A DNA stretch of 64,000 nucleotides from Candidatus Dojkabacteria bacterium UBA2022 (lineage in GTDB: Bacteria; Patescibacteriota; Dojkabacteria; SC72): positions 9,831-73,830 of the forward strand of contig DDBW01000014.1 of assembly GCA_002335495.1 (NCBI GenBank). The letters run 5' to 3'. The notes under the pieces are model-generated. The model saw only the letters and a program-made list of their open reading frames with translations. It was not told the DNA's origin and searched no databases. The translations under genes were made by a program, and so were the position numbers. Positions 17,267 to 26,613 of the stretch are shown piece by piece. The first letter of the stretch is position 1. The number at the start of each line of letters is the position of its first letter.

Positions 17267-18936
17267 TACTTGAACTCCCAATTCTGAATGTAATTATACC
17301 TCTCTTCAGGATAATTGATACTATCTACCTCAACATTCTCAATTCTATTTGAAACAACGACATTAAACTCAGGCTCGTAAAGGAAGATAGCAGGAGCATC
17401 CTCATTAATCAACCTCTGTACAATACTATACGACTGCTGCCTATCAGCCTTTTTAGTCTGGGTTCTCCCTCTTTCCAAAAAGATATCAACACGATCATAA
17501 GTATAACCAGAGAGGTTAAGATATGGATAATCCTTACGCAAAGAGTGCCACAAATCATACTGATCAGGATCGATACTAGTTTCAACCTCATACAAAAGAA
17601 TACCGTAATCCCTTGTAGCAAGCGTCTCACGCGTCAACCTCTCAAATGACTGCCCATCCAGCTCTACAATTACACCCTGCTCCTTCAAAAGATCCTTCAA
17701 AGAGGAAACAATCGCGGAATTAGCGTCGTTATCCAGATATGTAATTGTTACCGTCAAGACTTTACCATCAGAAGATTGATAGTATCCCGAAGCCTTATCC
17801 TTCTTATACCCAGCCCCACTTAGTTCCGCCTCTGCCTTTTTAGGATCAAATTTATAGTATCCAATTGTAGAATCGTAAACCCATGACTTTGCAGAATATG
17901 ATGAGAACGCCGGCCTTCCATCCACAGAAGCCATCTCAATCAACCTATCCCTATCTATCAAATAACTAAGCCCTCTTCGCACTGAAGCAGTACCGAAAGC
18001 ACTCACACGATTATTTAAAAACAACACCTTTTTACGCGTCCCTATAACAGTCTGCAAAATATCAAACTGCTTTGAATACTCAGACATATAACTCAGGTCC
18101 CTCAACGGCACTCCACTAACCATATCCAACTTCCTGTTTCTAAAAGCCACTTCTAACTCCTGGGCAGAAGCATACATATGGTAGTTAATTTTTCTAACAG
18201 ACAGGTTTCTCTCGTAAACAGAGGATTGTACAAGAGTAATTAACATATCGGAAGAACTTTCAATCTCGTAATACCCGTTACCAATAGGCTTTTTAGAAAA
18301 AGTACTCTCTGAGATCTGTGAAATAGATCTTCCCTCAAAAACATGATCGGGAACTATATATAATGAAATAGTTTCCCAGAAAGTAGAGCTATACTGATCT
18401 AGAACTACCTTAAATTTATACCTATCTATCTTTTCAACTCTCAAACCCTCAAATCCCTGACCCACAGTTTCCTGAGAAAGTTTCTGCGACAACTCCCGCG
18501 CAGTGTTAATCGTAAATACTACATCATCAGCAGTAACCGCCTCACCATCATGCCATTTTGCATCCGAAACCATTGTAAATTCATAGGTTAACAGATCCGA
18601 AGAAACACTCCAGCTCTTAACAAGATCCCCAACAGGTCTACCGTCACTCTGAATCCTAACCAACTTTCTAAAAACAAGAGCCTGAATATCACGATCAACC
18701 TGACTCTGAGGAATATATAGAGGATTGAGGTTGGAAACAAACCCAACAGTCCCTTCATTTACAACTCCGACCTCTCCCTTACCAACCACCTTGCTGAAGT
18801 CCAGAGAAGGGAAGTATTGATTGCCAACAAAAAGCAAAATACCCAAAGTTATGAGAATATAACTAATCGGGGCTAGCCCCCTAGTTACCTTCGCTAAAAT
18901 ATCCGGATAATTCCAAAGAATATCCCTGAAGCTCAT
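17266..18936 (-). CDS. ABC transporter substrate-binding protein, family 5 (peptide/nickel/oligopeptide-binding, OppA-like)
   Basis: N-terminal TM/signal. The 556-aa length and overall pattern fit SBP_bac_5. No permease or ATPase genes lie nearby. Confidence 0.6.
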   Translation of the reverse strand: MSFRDILWNYPDILAKVTRGLAPISYILITLGILLFVGNQYFPSLDFSKVVGKGEVGVVNEGTVGFVSNLNPLYIPQSQVDRDIQALVFRKLVRIQSDGRPVGDLVKSWSVSSDLLTYEFTMVSDAKWHDGEAVTADDVVFTINTARELSQKLSQETVGQGFEGLRVEKIDRYKFKVVLDQYSSTFWETISLYIVPDHVFEGRSISQISESTFSKKPIGNGYYEIESSSDMLITLVQSSVYERNLSVRKINYHMYASAQELEVAFRNRKLDMVSGVPLRDLSYMSEYSKQFDILQTVIGTRKKVLFLNNRVSAFGTASVRRGLSYLIDRDRLIEMASVDGRPAFSSYSAKSWVYDSTIGYYKFDPKKAEAELSGAGYKKDKASGYYQSSDGKVLTVTITYLDNDANSAIVSSLKDLLKEQGVIVELDGQSFERLTRETLATRDYGILLYEVETSIDPDQYDLWHSLRKDYPYLNLSGYTYDRVDIFLERGRTQTKKADRQQSYSIVQRLINEDAPAIFLYEPEFNVVVSNRIENVEVDSINYPEERYNYIQNWEFK

Positions 18937-18941
18937 ATCGC

Positions 18942-19163
18942 TTAGTTACTTAATTTGACTATAATCAAAGACAAGGAAGCAAATAGCACTGTTAGAACAA
19001 TTGTTGCATAGTATAGAAACTTCTCCAAACCTCTTTTAGTTCGGAAGATCTCTCCACCTCCACCAAAAATCCCTCCCATACCTTCAGCTCTATTTTGCAA
19101 TAAAACAGAAACAACGATAAGGATAGATAGAACAATCTGAACCACCAATAATGTATCTCGCAT
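18942..19163 (-). CDS. secG: preprotein translocase subunit SecG
   Basis: 73 aa with two TM helices and a Gly-rich loop (MGGIFGGGGEIF), typical of SecG. Confidence 0.7.
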   Translation of the reverse strand: MRDTLLVVQIVLSILIVVSVLLQNRAEGMGGIFGGGGEIFRTKRGLEKFLYYATIVLTVLFASLSLIIVKLSN

Positions 19164-19180
19164 ATTAATATAAAAATAAA

Positions 19181-19594
19181 TTATTCATCACCACCTTTTT
19201 TAAGACTTTCAAGCAACGCACTAATAAAAGAGCTCACAAGAGCAACTCCAATTAAAGTACCTATCTGAGAGACTTCAAAAGCATTAATAGTTATAACCTG
19301 CAGGTTTACAGCCTCAAAAGAGCTGGAGTTAATATACAGAGAAGGGACAAAAAGCTCAAGTCCGTACAAAGTACCACCAACTAACAGGAATACGGTTACC
19401 AAATAGGTAAGGAAGTTAATCTTCACCGTCAGGAATTTCAAAACTGGCCTATGTAACATGACCGCCAAGGACAAAGCAACTAAAGACATAACCAAGTACA
19501 TAAAGTCAGACGGAAGTTCAAAACCGACAAAGATACTCTCGACCGCAATGAAGATAACAATGTTTAGAAACAATGAAAAGAAAAACTTCTTCAT
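19181..19594 (-). CDS. small 4-TM membrane protein, phage-holin-4_2/DUF360-like family
   Basis: 137 aa and four hydrophobic helices. The pattern resembles the DUF360 holin-superfamily proteins common in small-genome bacteria. Confidence 0.4.
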   Translation of the reverse strand: MKKFFFSLFLNIVIFIAVESIFVGFELPSDFMYLVMSLVALSLAVMLHRPVLKFLTVKINFLTYLVTVFLLVGGTLYGLELFVPSLYINSSSFEAVNLQVITINAFEVSQIGTLIGVALVSSFISALLESLKKGGDE

Positions 19595-19664
19595 TCTATG
19601 TTGCTCCCTAAATACATATTAAGTATACTAACAATGATACTATTATATATAACTACTATCAATC

Positions 19665-21077
19665 ATGCAAAAACTAGCACGCACCAAGATTATCGCCACC
19701 ATAGGACCATCCACATGGAGTGACGAAGTACTTTTAGAAATGATCGAAAACGGATTGCAAATGGCCAGAATTAACGCTTCCTTTGCAGATTTCGCAGAGC
19801 TGGAAAGAGTCTCAACTCAGCTTAGAAGACTATCTCCAAAGGTAGCAGTAATGTTGGATACCATGGGTCATAAAATCAGAGTAACTGGATTTGAGGCAGA
19901 CAGAAAGCTTAATGAGGGAGACAAAATTATCCTAATCCCAGAAACTCAAACCGAATCCCCAGAGGGAACCATCCAGATTACATACCCTAACCTCCACAAG
20001 TTCGTAAACAAGAATAATAGGATCCTTATAGACGATGGAAACATTGTATTTGTAGTAAAAGATGTAAAAGCCAAAGAGGTGCACTGCGAGGTAAAAGTAG
20101 GGGGTACTCTCAAAAAAAGAAAGACTGTTAACGTTCCAAATGTACACCTGGATTTCCCAACTCTTCCAGAAAAAGACAAGCAAGACATCAGATATGCCGT
20201 AGATCATAACTTTGACTATATATCCGCATCATTCATTCGCAACGTTGAAGATGTAATGGCCGTTAGAGAAGAGATGGGGGAAACAGACACCAAGCTAATC
20301 GCAAAGATAGAGGATACTGAAGGAGTAGAGGAGTTTGACGAGATTCTAAAGGTTGTGGATGGAATAATGGTAGCAAGAGGGGATATGGGAGTAGAGCTAC
20401 CGCTTGAAGAGGTCCCAATAAAACAGAAACAGTTCATTCAAAAGTGCAGAATGGCAGGAAAATTAGTAATTGTTGCAACTCAGATGCTCGAATCAATGCG
20501 AGAAAATCCAAGACCTACAAGAGCAGAAGCAAGTGATGTAGCAAATGCAGTAATGGATGGAACAGATGCAATGATGCTCTCAGCAGAGACATCATCAGGC
20601 AAGTACCCAATTGAGTCTGTGATAACAATGAACACAATAGCAAAAAGAGCAGAGCAGGTTCTCAGGCCTCAACCTGTATGGGGTAGGACAGATGCATCAG
20701 AAGAAACAGATGTACTATGTAAATCATTAGTATCAATGGTAGACGAGCTTGATCTTAAAGGAGTAATTGTGATCTCCCAAACTGGGAAAACCGTAAGAAG
20801 TCTTGCAAGACACCGAATTAAAGTCCCTATATGGAATATAAGTAACAATCCGAAGTTAATAAGGCAGACTAACCTATTCAGAGGAGTTGAAGGCATATAT
20901 GTAAAACAGCTCAATCAGGATAGGGACTCTCTAGTAGCCAAAGTTGCTGAAATTGTATATACACAAGGGTTATTGGATATTAACGATAAAATAGCTATAA
21001 TATCGGGCAGTTCAATAAAGAAGAAGAGCTTGAACTCTATCCTAGAGATAGCACAAGTTAAAGATCTATTGGACTAA
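19665..21077 (+). CDS. pyk: pyruvate kinase
   Basis: N-terminal TKIIATIGP. Motifs MVARGDMGVELP and MLSAETSSGKYP. Confidence 0.9.
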   Translation: MQKLARTKIIATIGPSTWSDEVLLEMIENGLQMARINASFADFAELERVSTQLRRLSPKVAVMLDTMGHKIRVTGFEADRKLNEGDKIILIPETQTESPEGTIQITYPNLHKFVNKNNRILIDDGNIVFVVKDVKAKEVHCEVKVGGTLKKRKTVNVPNVHLDFPTLPEKDKQDIRYAVDHNFDYISASFIRNVEDVMAVREEMGETDTKLIAKIEDTEGVEEFDEILKVVDGIMVARGDMGVELPLEEVPIKQKQFIQKCRMAGKLVIVATQMLESMRENPRPTRAEASDVANAVMDGTDAMMLSAETSSGKYPIESVITMNTIAKRAEQVLRPQPVWGRTDASEETDVLCKSLVSMVDELDLKGVIVISQTGKTVRSLARHRIKVPIWNISNNPKLIRQTNLFRGVEGIYVKQLNQDRDSLVAKVAEIVYTQGLLDINDKIAIISGSSIKKKSLNSILEIAQVKDLLD

Positions 21078-21083
21078 AGGATT

Positions 21084-21159
21084 GGTGACGTAGCCAAGCT
21101 GGTAAGGCAGAAGTCTGCAAAACTTCGATGCGCGGGTTCGAACCCCGCCGTCACCTCCA
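21084..21159 (+). tRNA. tRNA-Cys (anticodon GCA), CCA encoded
   Basis: Hand fold: acceptor GGTGACG/CGTCACC, anticodon loop CTGCAAA, T-arm GCGGG-TTCGAAC-CCCGC, then TCCA. Confidence 0.8.
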
Positions 21160-21168
21160 CTATTATCT

Positions 21169-21675
21169 ATGAATAAGACTTCGATGAAAGGAATACCTCT
21201 TCACGAATTAGCGACAGTACGAGTCGGAGTAGAAGCCCTCATTACATTTCAAAGCCATATACTGCTTCAACAGCGAAGTTCTAAACTCGACTTTTTCCCG
21301 GGATACCTAGGAATGATTGGCGGACATGTCGATGTAGGCGAATCTTCCATTGAAGCAATCATAAGGGAAGTAAAGGAAGAATCAGGTCTTATAATCCCAC
21401 CAAGTGAATGCAAGTTTATGTTTAATAGGATAGTTTATAACCATGACTCAGGAATTATATGGTCAATACTAGGCTTTAAGATAGAATTAGTAGAAGAGCT
21501 AATGCCAATAGAATCCGAAGAAGGGATCTGCAAATGGTATACACTAGAAGAAGCTCTAAATTTGAAGGTACTACCTTCAAATTTGTATGATCTACAAAAA
21601 GCATTAAAGAATCCAAGCCAAATGATATACACCTATGGAGAGATTAAAGATAATAAATATTCTGTAAAAAGTTAA
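21169..21675 (+). CDS. NUDIX hydrolase
   Basis: NUDIX box GGHVDVGESSIEAIIREVKEESGL. Confidence 0.8.
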   Translation: MNKTSMKGIPLHELATVRVGVEALITFQSHILLQQRSSKLDFFPGYLGMIGGHVDVGESSIEAIIREVKEESGLIIPPSECKFMFNRIVYNHDSGIIWSILGFKIELVEELMPIESEEGICKWYTLEEALNLKVLPSNLYDLQKALKNPSQMIYTYGEIKDNKYSVKS

Positions 21676-21721
21676 TAACTATTATCACAACGGCCAAAAT
21701 GTAGTAGAATTGCGTACACAT

Positions 21722-21805
21722 GCCGGGGTGGCGGAACAGGCAGACGCGACGGACTTAAAATCCGTTTCCCGCAAGGGAGTGGGGGTTCGATTCCCCCCTT
21801 CGGCA
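21722..21805 (+). tRNA. tRNA-Leu (anticodon TAA), class II
   Basis: Hand fold: acceptor GCCGGGG/CTTCGGC; anticodon stem ACGGA/TCCGT; loop CTTAAAA; variable arm CCC-GCAA-GGG; T-arm GGGGG-TTCGATT-CCCCC. Confidence 0.75.
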
Positions 21806-21861
21806 TTCTTATACAAAGAATAATATTTCCAACTGCCTTAATAATTTTTATATTCAAAAAT

Positions 21862-22365
21862 ATGCCAACGCCAGATAGTATACCGACACTAGAATTTGTA
21901 ACAAAAGAACTGATGGAGTTGGGTCTGTACCCGGAAAATACCCAAGAAATACTAGACAGATTAGAGTGGTTTGATATAAGGCAAGAAAGTGACCAGCATG
22001 AAAGCATCCATACTTATTTTTATATTCTCCTAGCAGGAGTAAATCTTCCGGGAGAAGGGCCAGAATCAAATATTAAAACCACAGAAATACCTTTGCATGC
22101 TATTAATGTTGGAAATATGGAAATCGTTAAGAAATTACCAGATCCATCGATAGCATTGCGCAAAGTTCAAGATACAAGACTCGCCGGAACATCAGGAACA
22201 CATCTACTATTTGCAATAAAAACAGACGAGTTGGAGCAGCTGAATATTGGCCTGAAAAACGATTTAGATACGAAGATGTACCTATTTAATATTAAGAAGG
22301 CGATAGATCAGAGGAAGTTTGAAATTAAGACAAGTAGAGAGAAAAAAGCCAAAAACAAGAAATGA
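21862..22365 (+). CDS. hypothetical protein
   Basis: 167-aa ORF with no recognisable motifs. The overlapping minus-strand ORFs are shorter and less likely real. Confidence 0.4.
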   Translation: MPTPDSIPTLEFVTKELMELGLYPENTQEILDRLEWFDIRQESDQHESIHTYFYILLAGVNLPGEGPESNIKTTEIPLHAINVGNMEIVKKLPDPSIALRKVQDTRLAGTSGTHLLFAIKTDELEQLNIGLKNDLDTKMYLFNIKKAIDQRKFEIKTSREKKAKNKK

Positions 22366-22368
22366 TCT

Positions 22369-22629
22369 CTAACTCTCATCCCCAAACTTATCTGGATCCT
22401 CGTTACCACACCTTGGACACTTTTTAAGAGGCTTTGCCCCTTCATATGTGTAATTACAAACAAGACACTTCCATCTTGTCCACATCATATCTAAATCCTC
22501 AGGCTGATTAACTGTAGTAACCTCATATTGATTACCCGTATTAACAGGCGCAGTGGGAGTAAGAGGAGGAGTATTTGAAGCAGGAGGATTCTGAGTACCC
22601 TGATTATTGTTGTTTAAGATATCCGCCAT
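22369..22629 (-). CDS. small zinc-ribbon/rubredoxin-like protein with a Pro/Thr-rich N-terminus
   Basis: C-terminal CxxC...CPRCG pair (WKCLVCNYTYEG...KCPRCG). It overlaps the start of the cmk-like gene by 26 nt. Confidence 0.4.
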   Translation of the reverse strand: MADILNNNNQGTQNPPASNTPPLTPTAPVNTGNQYEVTTVNQPEDLDMMWTRWKCLVCNYTYEGAKPLKKCPRCGNEDPDKFGDES

Positions 22630-23236
22630 CTTCTAATAGCTTTAAAACTAAATTGAGCGTATTTGCTTCATTGAGCTTCGAAGTATCAATTACAATATCA
22701 TTGTACAACTTAGGATTAGTATAATCTATACCATAAGATTCCTTGAACCTTCTTGAATCCAAATCATACCTCTCTTTAAGCTTAGCCCTCTCATCCTTAT
22801 ACTCCTGGGAGTTTACATCAACATCTATACCTTTCTTCATAAAGGAACGCTTTGTCCGAGTATCCAAATCAGAATCAAGCCAAATACGCACCGTAGCAGG
22901 AATCTGAAACTTCGGACAAATAGCAGCAAAAACCTTAGCATCAATGATAACGTCCTTTTCAAAAGCATGTTTGAGTAACGAAGAATCAACTTTATGATCA
23001 AACTCTTTACCTCTTCCTGATTCCTCTAAATATTTTGTAAACTGATGAATATCCATACCCATATCCGCACCATACTGACGCATTAGTCCACCCGAATAGT
23101 ACCTTCTGAGATTAAACTTTGCAGCAAGCATCTTGGAAATAGTGGAAGAACCAGATGCCCCAGGCCCCCCAACTACTATAAGTAGCCCTAATTCCTTGGG
23201 ACGCTTAGGCACAGCTTTCACAATCATACCAAACAT
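22604..23236 (-). CDS. cmk: cytidylate kinase, archaeal-type (CMP kinase family)
   Basis: P-loop VVGGPGASGSST. Motifs RIWLDSDLDTRTKR, FKESYGIDYTN and YNDIVIDTS resemble archaeal-type Cmk. Confidence 0.65.
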   Translation of the reverse strand: MFGMIVKAVPKRPKELGLLIVVGGPGASGSSTISKMLAAKFNLRRYYSGGLMRQYGADMGMDIHQFTKYLEESGRGKEFDHKVDSSLLKHAFEKDVIIDAKVFAAICPKFQIPATVRIWLDSDLDTRTKRSFMKKGIDVDVNSQEYKDERAKLKERYDLDSRRFKESYGIDYTNPKLYNDIVIDTSKLNEANTLNLVLKLLEDGGYLKQQ

Positions 23237-23256
23237 AGTATATTAAAAAGAACTCT

Positions 23257-24453
23257 ATGACAAGAAAAAAGATTACAAAAAGAAACAGTACCCCCACAAT
23301 AAAAAGAGGACCAGACTCCTTCCTATTAATATTTGCCGTAGTAATGATTGCCTTCGGAGCCGTTATGATCTTTGACGCCAGCGTATACCAAGCCGACCGA
23401 GTATTCGGAGACCAGTTCTACTTCCTCCGTCAACACCTCATATGGCTTTTCCTAGGCGGGTTACTAGGATTCCTAGCATATATAATCCCATACCAGGTAA
23501 TCTTGAAAGTTTCTCCCATTCTCTTTCTTATAACTACAGTACTTCTTGTAGCCGTTCTAGTATTCGGAGAAGCTGTAAACGGATCGAAAAGATGGTTCTC
23601 AATAGGTTCACTCCCAATACAGCCAGCAGAATTTATGAAACCCATCCTCATAGTTTTTCTAGCTGGCCTTCTGGCCAAACCGGATGAAGAAGCTAAAAAG
23701 AAAAGAATGAGTGAATTTGAAACATTCAAAAGGAAAATCATAAGATTCGGAGCCCCTCTTGCCCTTACACTATTTCTAATAGTAATAGAACCCGACCTTG
23801 ATACGACCATCCTACTTGCAGGAACAGCTATCGCAATGTTTTTTGCATCCGACAACACCCCATTTCACTATAAAGGAACCCTCACCCTTGCAGGAATAGC
23901 AACCGCACTTGGAGGAGTAGTGGCAGTACTAGCAAGCTATCGAATGGAAAGAATTAAAACCTTCCTTAAACTCTTTTTTGAAGGAATCGTTGAAGATCCC
24001 AACGGAAGGGGATATCAAATTCAACAAATTCTCATAGGAATTGGTTCAGGAGGTTTCCTGGGCAAAGGCTTCGGACAATCAAGACAACGCTTTGGATACC
24101 TCGTAGAAAATACTGCATTCACTGATTCGATCTTTGCGGTAATCCTAGAAGAGCTAGGGTATATTGGAGGAGCTATCCTTGTAACCCTGTGGGGAATGTT
24201 CATATGGAGAATTACCAAACTTTCACAGATGTTAAACGATAAAGCAGCAAGCTTAATCATGATCGGAATAGGCGTATGGTTCACCCTACAAACCTTTATT
24301 AACATGGCTGCCAATGTAGGCCTAATTCCCCTCACAGGAATCGCCCTACCGTTCTTTACATACGGAGGATCAAATACTATTGTAACTATGGTAGGTTTAG
24401 GACTATTATTAAACATATCTAGATACGCACACACCAATGAAAAAGTTAAATAA
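23257..24453 (+). CDS. ftsW: SEDS family cell-division/elongation protein (FtsW/RodA)
   Basis: Ten predicted TM segments. C-terminal PLTGIALPFFTYGGSN motif. It precedes murG. Confidence 0.8.
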   Translation: MTRKKITKRNSTPTIKRGPDSFLLIFAVVMIAFGAVMIFDASVYQADRVFGDQFYFLRQHLIWLFLGGLLGFLAYIIPYQVILKVSPILFLITTVLLVAVLVFGEAVNGSKRWFSIGSLPIQPAEFMKPILIVFLAGLLAKPDEEAKKKRMSEFETFKRKIIRFGAPLALTLFLIVIEPDLDTTILLAGTAIAMFFASDNTPFHYKGTLTLAGIATALGGVVAVLASYRMERIKTFLKLFFEGIVEDPNGRGYQIQQILIGIGSGGFLGKGFGQSRQRFGYLVENTAFTDSIFAVILEELGYIGGAILVTLWGMFIWRITKLSQMLNDKAASLIMIGIGVWFTLQTFINMAANVGLIPLTGIALPFFTYGGSNTIVTMVGLGLLLNISRYAHTNEKVK

Positions 24454-25606
24454 AAAGATATTGATAACCGGAGGAGGATCAGGAGGGCACGTATCAGTTG
24501 CCACTGCATTTATAGATGCACTTAAAAATCATTTTGAGATATCCAAGGACGATATACTGTATGTTGGTAGCGACCTGGGAATGGTAGGGGAGAAGAATGG
24601 CGTAAGCGTGGAACAAAACAGAATGAAAGAGAAGGATATAAACTTCACAACCCTTCGTGCAGGCAAACTACAAAGAAGATTTGAACTTGCAACAATAAAA
24701 CTCCTACTGCGAGCAATACTTGGAGTAGTTGACGCTATCAAGATAGTAAAAGCATTCAAACCGGATTTGATATTCAGTACCGGTGGATATTTAAGCGTTC
24801 CAATTGCAATCGCTGGTCTCATAACTAAAACCCCAATATACCTCCATGAACAAACCGCAGCGGTGGGAATGTCTAACAACTTTGTCGCCAAAATTGCCAA
24901 AAGAATATATATATCCTTCAAATCATCACAGAAATATTTCCCTAAAGAGAAAGTGCTACTTACAGGAAATATCGTAAGACCAGATATATTTAGAGAGAAC
25001 AGCAGCTCAGAGCTATGCACAGCAGTAAGGCAGATGAAAGAGGAGAAACTCCCAATTGTATATATGTCAGGCGGAGGACAAGGGTCTCACATACTAAACC
25101 TTCTTGTGAACGACATGCTCTCATATGCTCTTATGGATTATCAGATAATCCTCCAAACAGGGGACAACCAAGTATTCAGAGATTATGATGTCCTAACAAC
25201 CGCATGGAGGAAACTCCCTACAAACCTACAAAGACGACTATACATTACAAAGTTTGTATCAGACTCAGAGATTGGATGTGTATTTAAGCATTCAGACCTT
25301 TATGTCGGAAGGGCTGGAGCCAATATCGTTTATGAAATGGGAATCCTAAAAAAACCATCAATCTTTATACCAATCCCATGGGTAACACACAACGAGCAGG
25401 AAAAGAACGCACGAATTCTTGAAGGATATGGCCTTTCCAAAGTAATCCTAGAGGGAGAAGTAACCAGCGCTAAATTACACGCCGAAATCAAAGGATTTAT
25501 ATCGGAAATACCTTCTCTAGAAATTAATCACGAAGGATTAGATACAGAGTTCGTAAAGGATGCCCAGGAAAGAATCATAGAAGATATTTTTGGTAATATA
25601 AGTTAA
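24437..25606 (+). CDS. murG: undecaprenyldiphospho-muramoylpentapeptide beta-N-acetylglucosaminyltransferase MurG
   Basis: N-terminal ITGGGSGGHVSVA (G-loop) and a GT-B fold pattern. Context ftsW-murG-mraY. Confidence 0.85.
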   Translation: MKKLNKKILITGGGSGGHVSVATAFIDALKNHFEISKDDILYVGSDLGMVGEKNGVSVEQNRMKEKDINFTTLRAGKLQRRFELATIKLLLRAILGVVDAIKIVKAFKPDLIFSTGGYLSVPIAIAGLITKTPIYLHEQTAAVGMSNNFVAKIAKRIYISFKSSQKYFPKEKVLLTGNIVRPDIFRENSSSELCTAVRQMKEEKLPIVYMSGGGQGSHILNLLVNDMLSYALMDYQIILQTGDNQVFRDYDVLTTAWRKLPTNLQRRLYITKFVSDSEIGCVFKHSDLYVGRAGANIVYEMGILKKPSIFIPIPWVTHNEQEKNARILEGYGLSKVILEGEVTSAKLHAEIKGFISEIPSLEINHEGLDTEFVKDAQERIIEDIFGNIS

Positions 25607-25653
25607 AAATAGTGATATACTATTTTCATAAAAATAATTTATTGTAATTAAAG

Positions 25654-26613
25654 ATGCAAAACCCTTTCTTAATACTAATAATATCAGCCTTTGTCTCAGC
25701 AATTGTTCTACCCTTAATTATTAACTTCCTATACCGACTAAATCTAAAAGATGTTAGCAACGTAAAAATGAAAGACGGAATACTAGACAATAGCGTGTAC
25801 GTAAAACTACAAGGAGGGAAAACAGGAACTCCTAAGGGAGGTGGAGCATTATGGGTAATCCTTTTCCCAATAATTTCGACTGTAATTTTTGGATTCACAC
25901 CACTTAACATGGTACTATCCGCCCTTGCAGTTGTGTACGGGATTATAGGTATAGTTGACGACTCAAAGGTTATTAAGCAGGGGTCATCAAGTTTCAAAAA
26001 GGACCATATGCTAAGGAGAATGAAATTCATACTGGAAACTGCAATAGGAGTAGTATTTAGCCATCTATTGATAACAACGCTTGGTCTATCCCAATCTCTT
26101 TTTAACTATGCCTTTATTACGTTCCTTTTCACAAGCTACACCAATGCTTTCAATATAAATGATGGTTTAGATGGACTCCTTACAGGACAGGCTGTATGGA
26201 TTTTCACTGGAATGCTTATATTAACAATCCTTCAGAATCAAACTACTGCTGGAATATACTATGCCATTTTGATAGGAATCTTAATCGTCTTCCTATACTT
26301 CAACATCAATCCAGCAAGAGTATTCATGGGGGACATAGGATCGATGAGCCTGGGGGTACTTGCTCTCGCTCTGGCAATCGTCTCTAACAATCTCTTGGCC
26401 TTTATAATAATGACAGTTCCATCTATAGTGACAATTGCGAGCTCCTTAATACAGATACTTTCTATCAAGTATCTAAATAGAAAGATCTTTAAGATAGCCC
26501 CTTTGCACCACCACCTTCAAGCAATGGGATGGTCAGAAACAAAAGTAGTCGAAAGATATTGGTTAGCACAGATCTTCTTTGTATTTCTTGCAATAGCAGT
26601 TAGTACGCTTTAA
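25654..26613 (+). CDS. mraY: phospho-N-acetylmuramoyl-pentapeptide transferase MraY
   Basis: Motifs NAFNINDGLDGL and MGDIGS, with multiple TM helices. Confidence 0.85.
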   Translation: MQNPFLILIISAFVSAIVLPLIINFLYRLNLKDVSNVKMKDGILDNSVYVKLQGGKTGTPKGGGALWVILFPIISTVIFGFTPLNMVLSALAVVYGIIGIVDDSKVIKQGSSSFKKDHMLRRMKFILETAIGVVFSHLLITTLGLSQSLFNYAFITFLFTSYTNAFNINDGLDGLLTGQAVWIFTGMLILTILQNQTTAGIYYAILIGILIVFLYFNINPARVFMGDIGSMSLGVLALALAIVSNNLLAFIIMTVPSIVTIASSLIQILSIKYLNRKIFKIAPLHHHLQAMGWSETKVVERYWLAQIFFVFLAIAVSTL

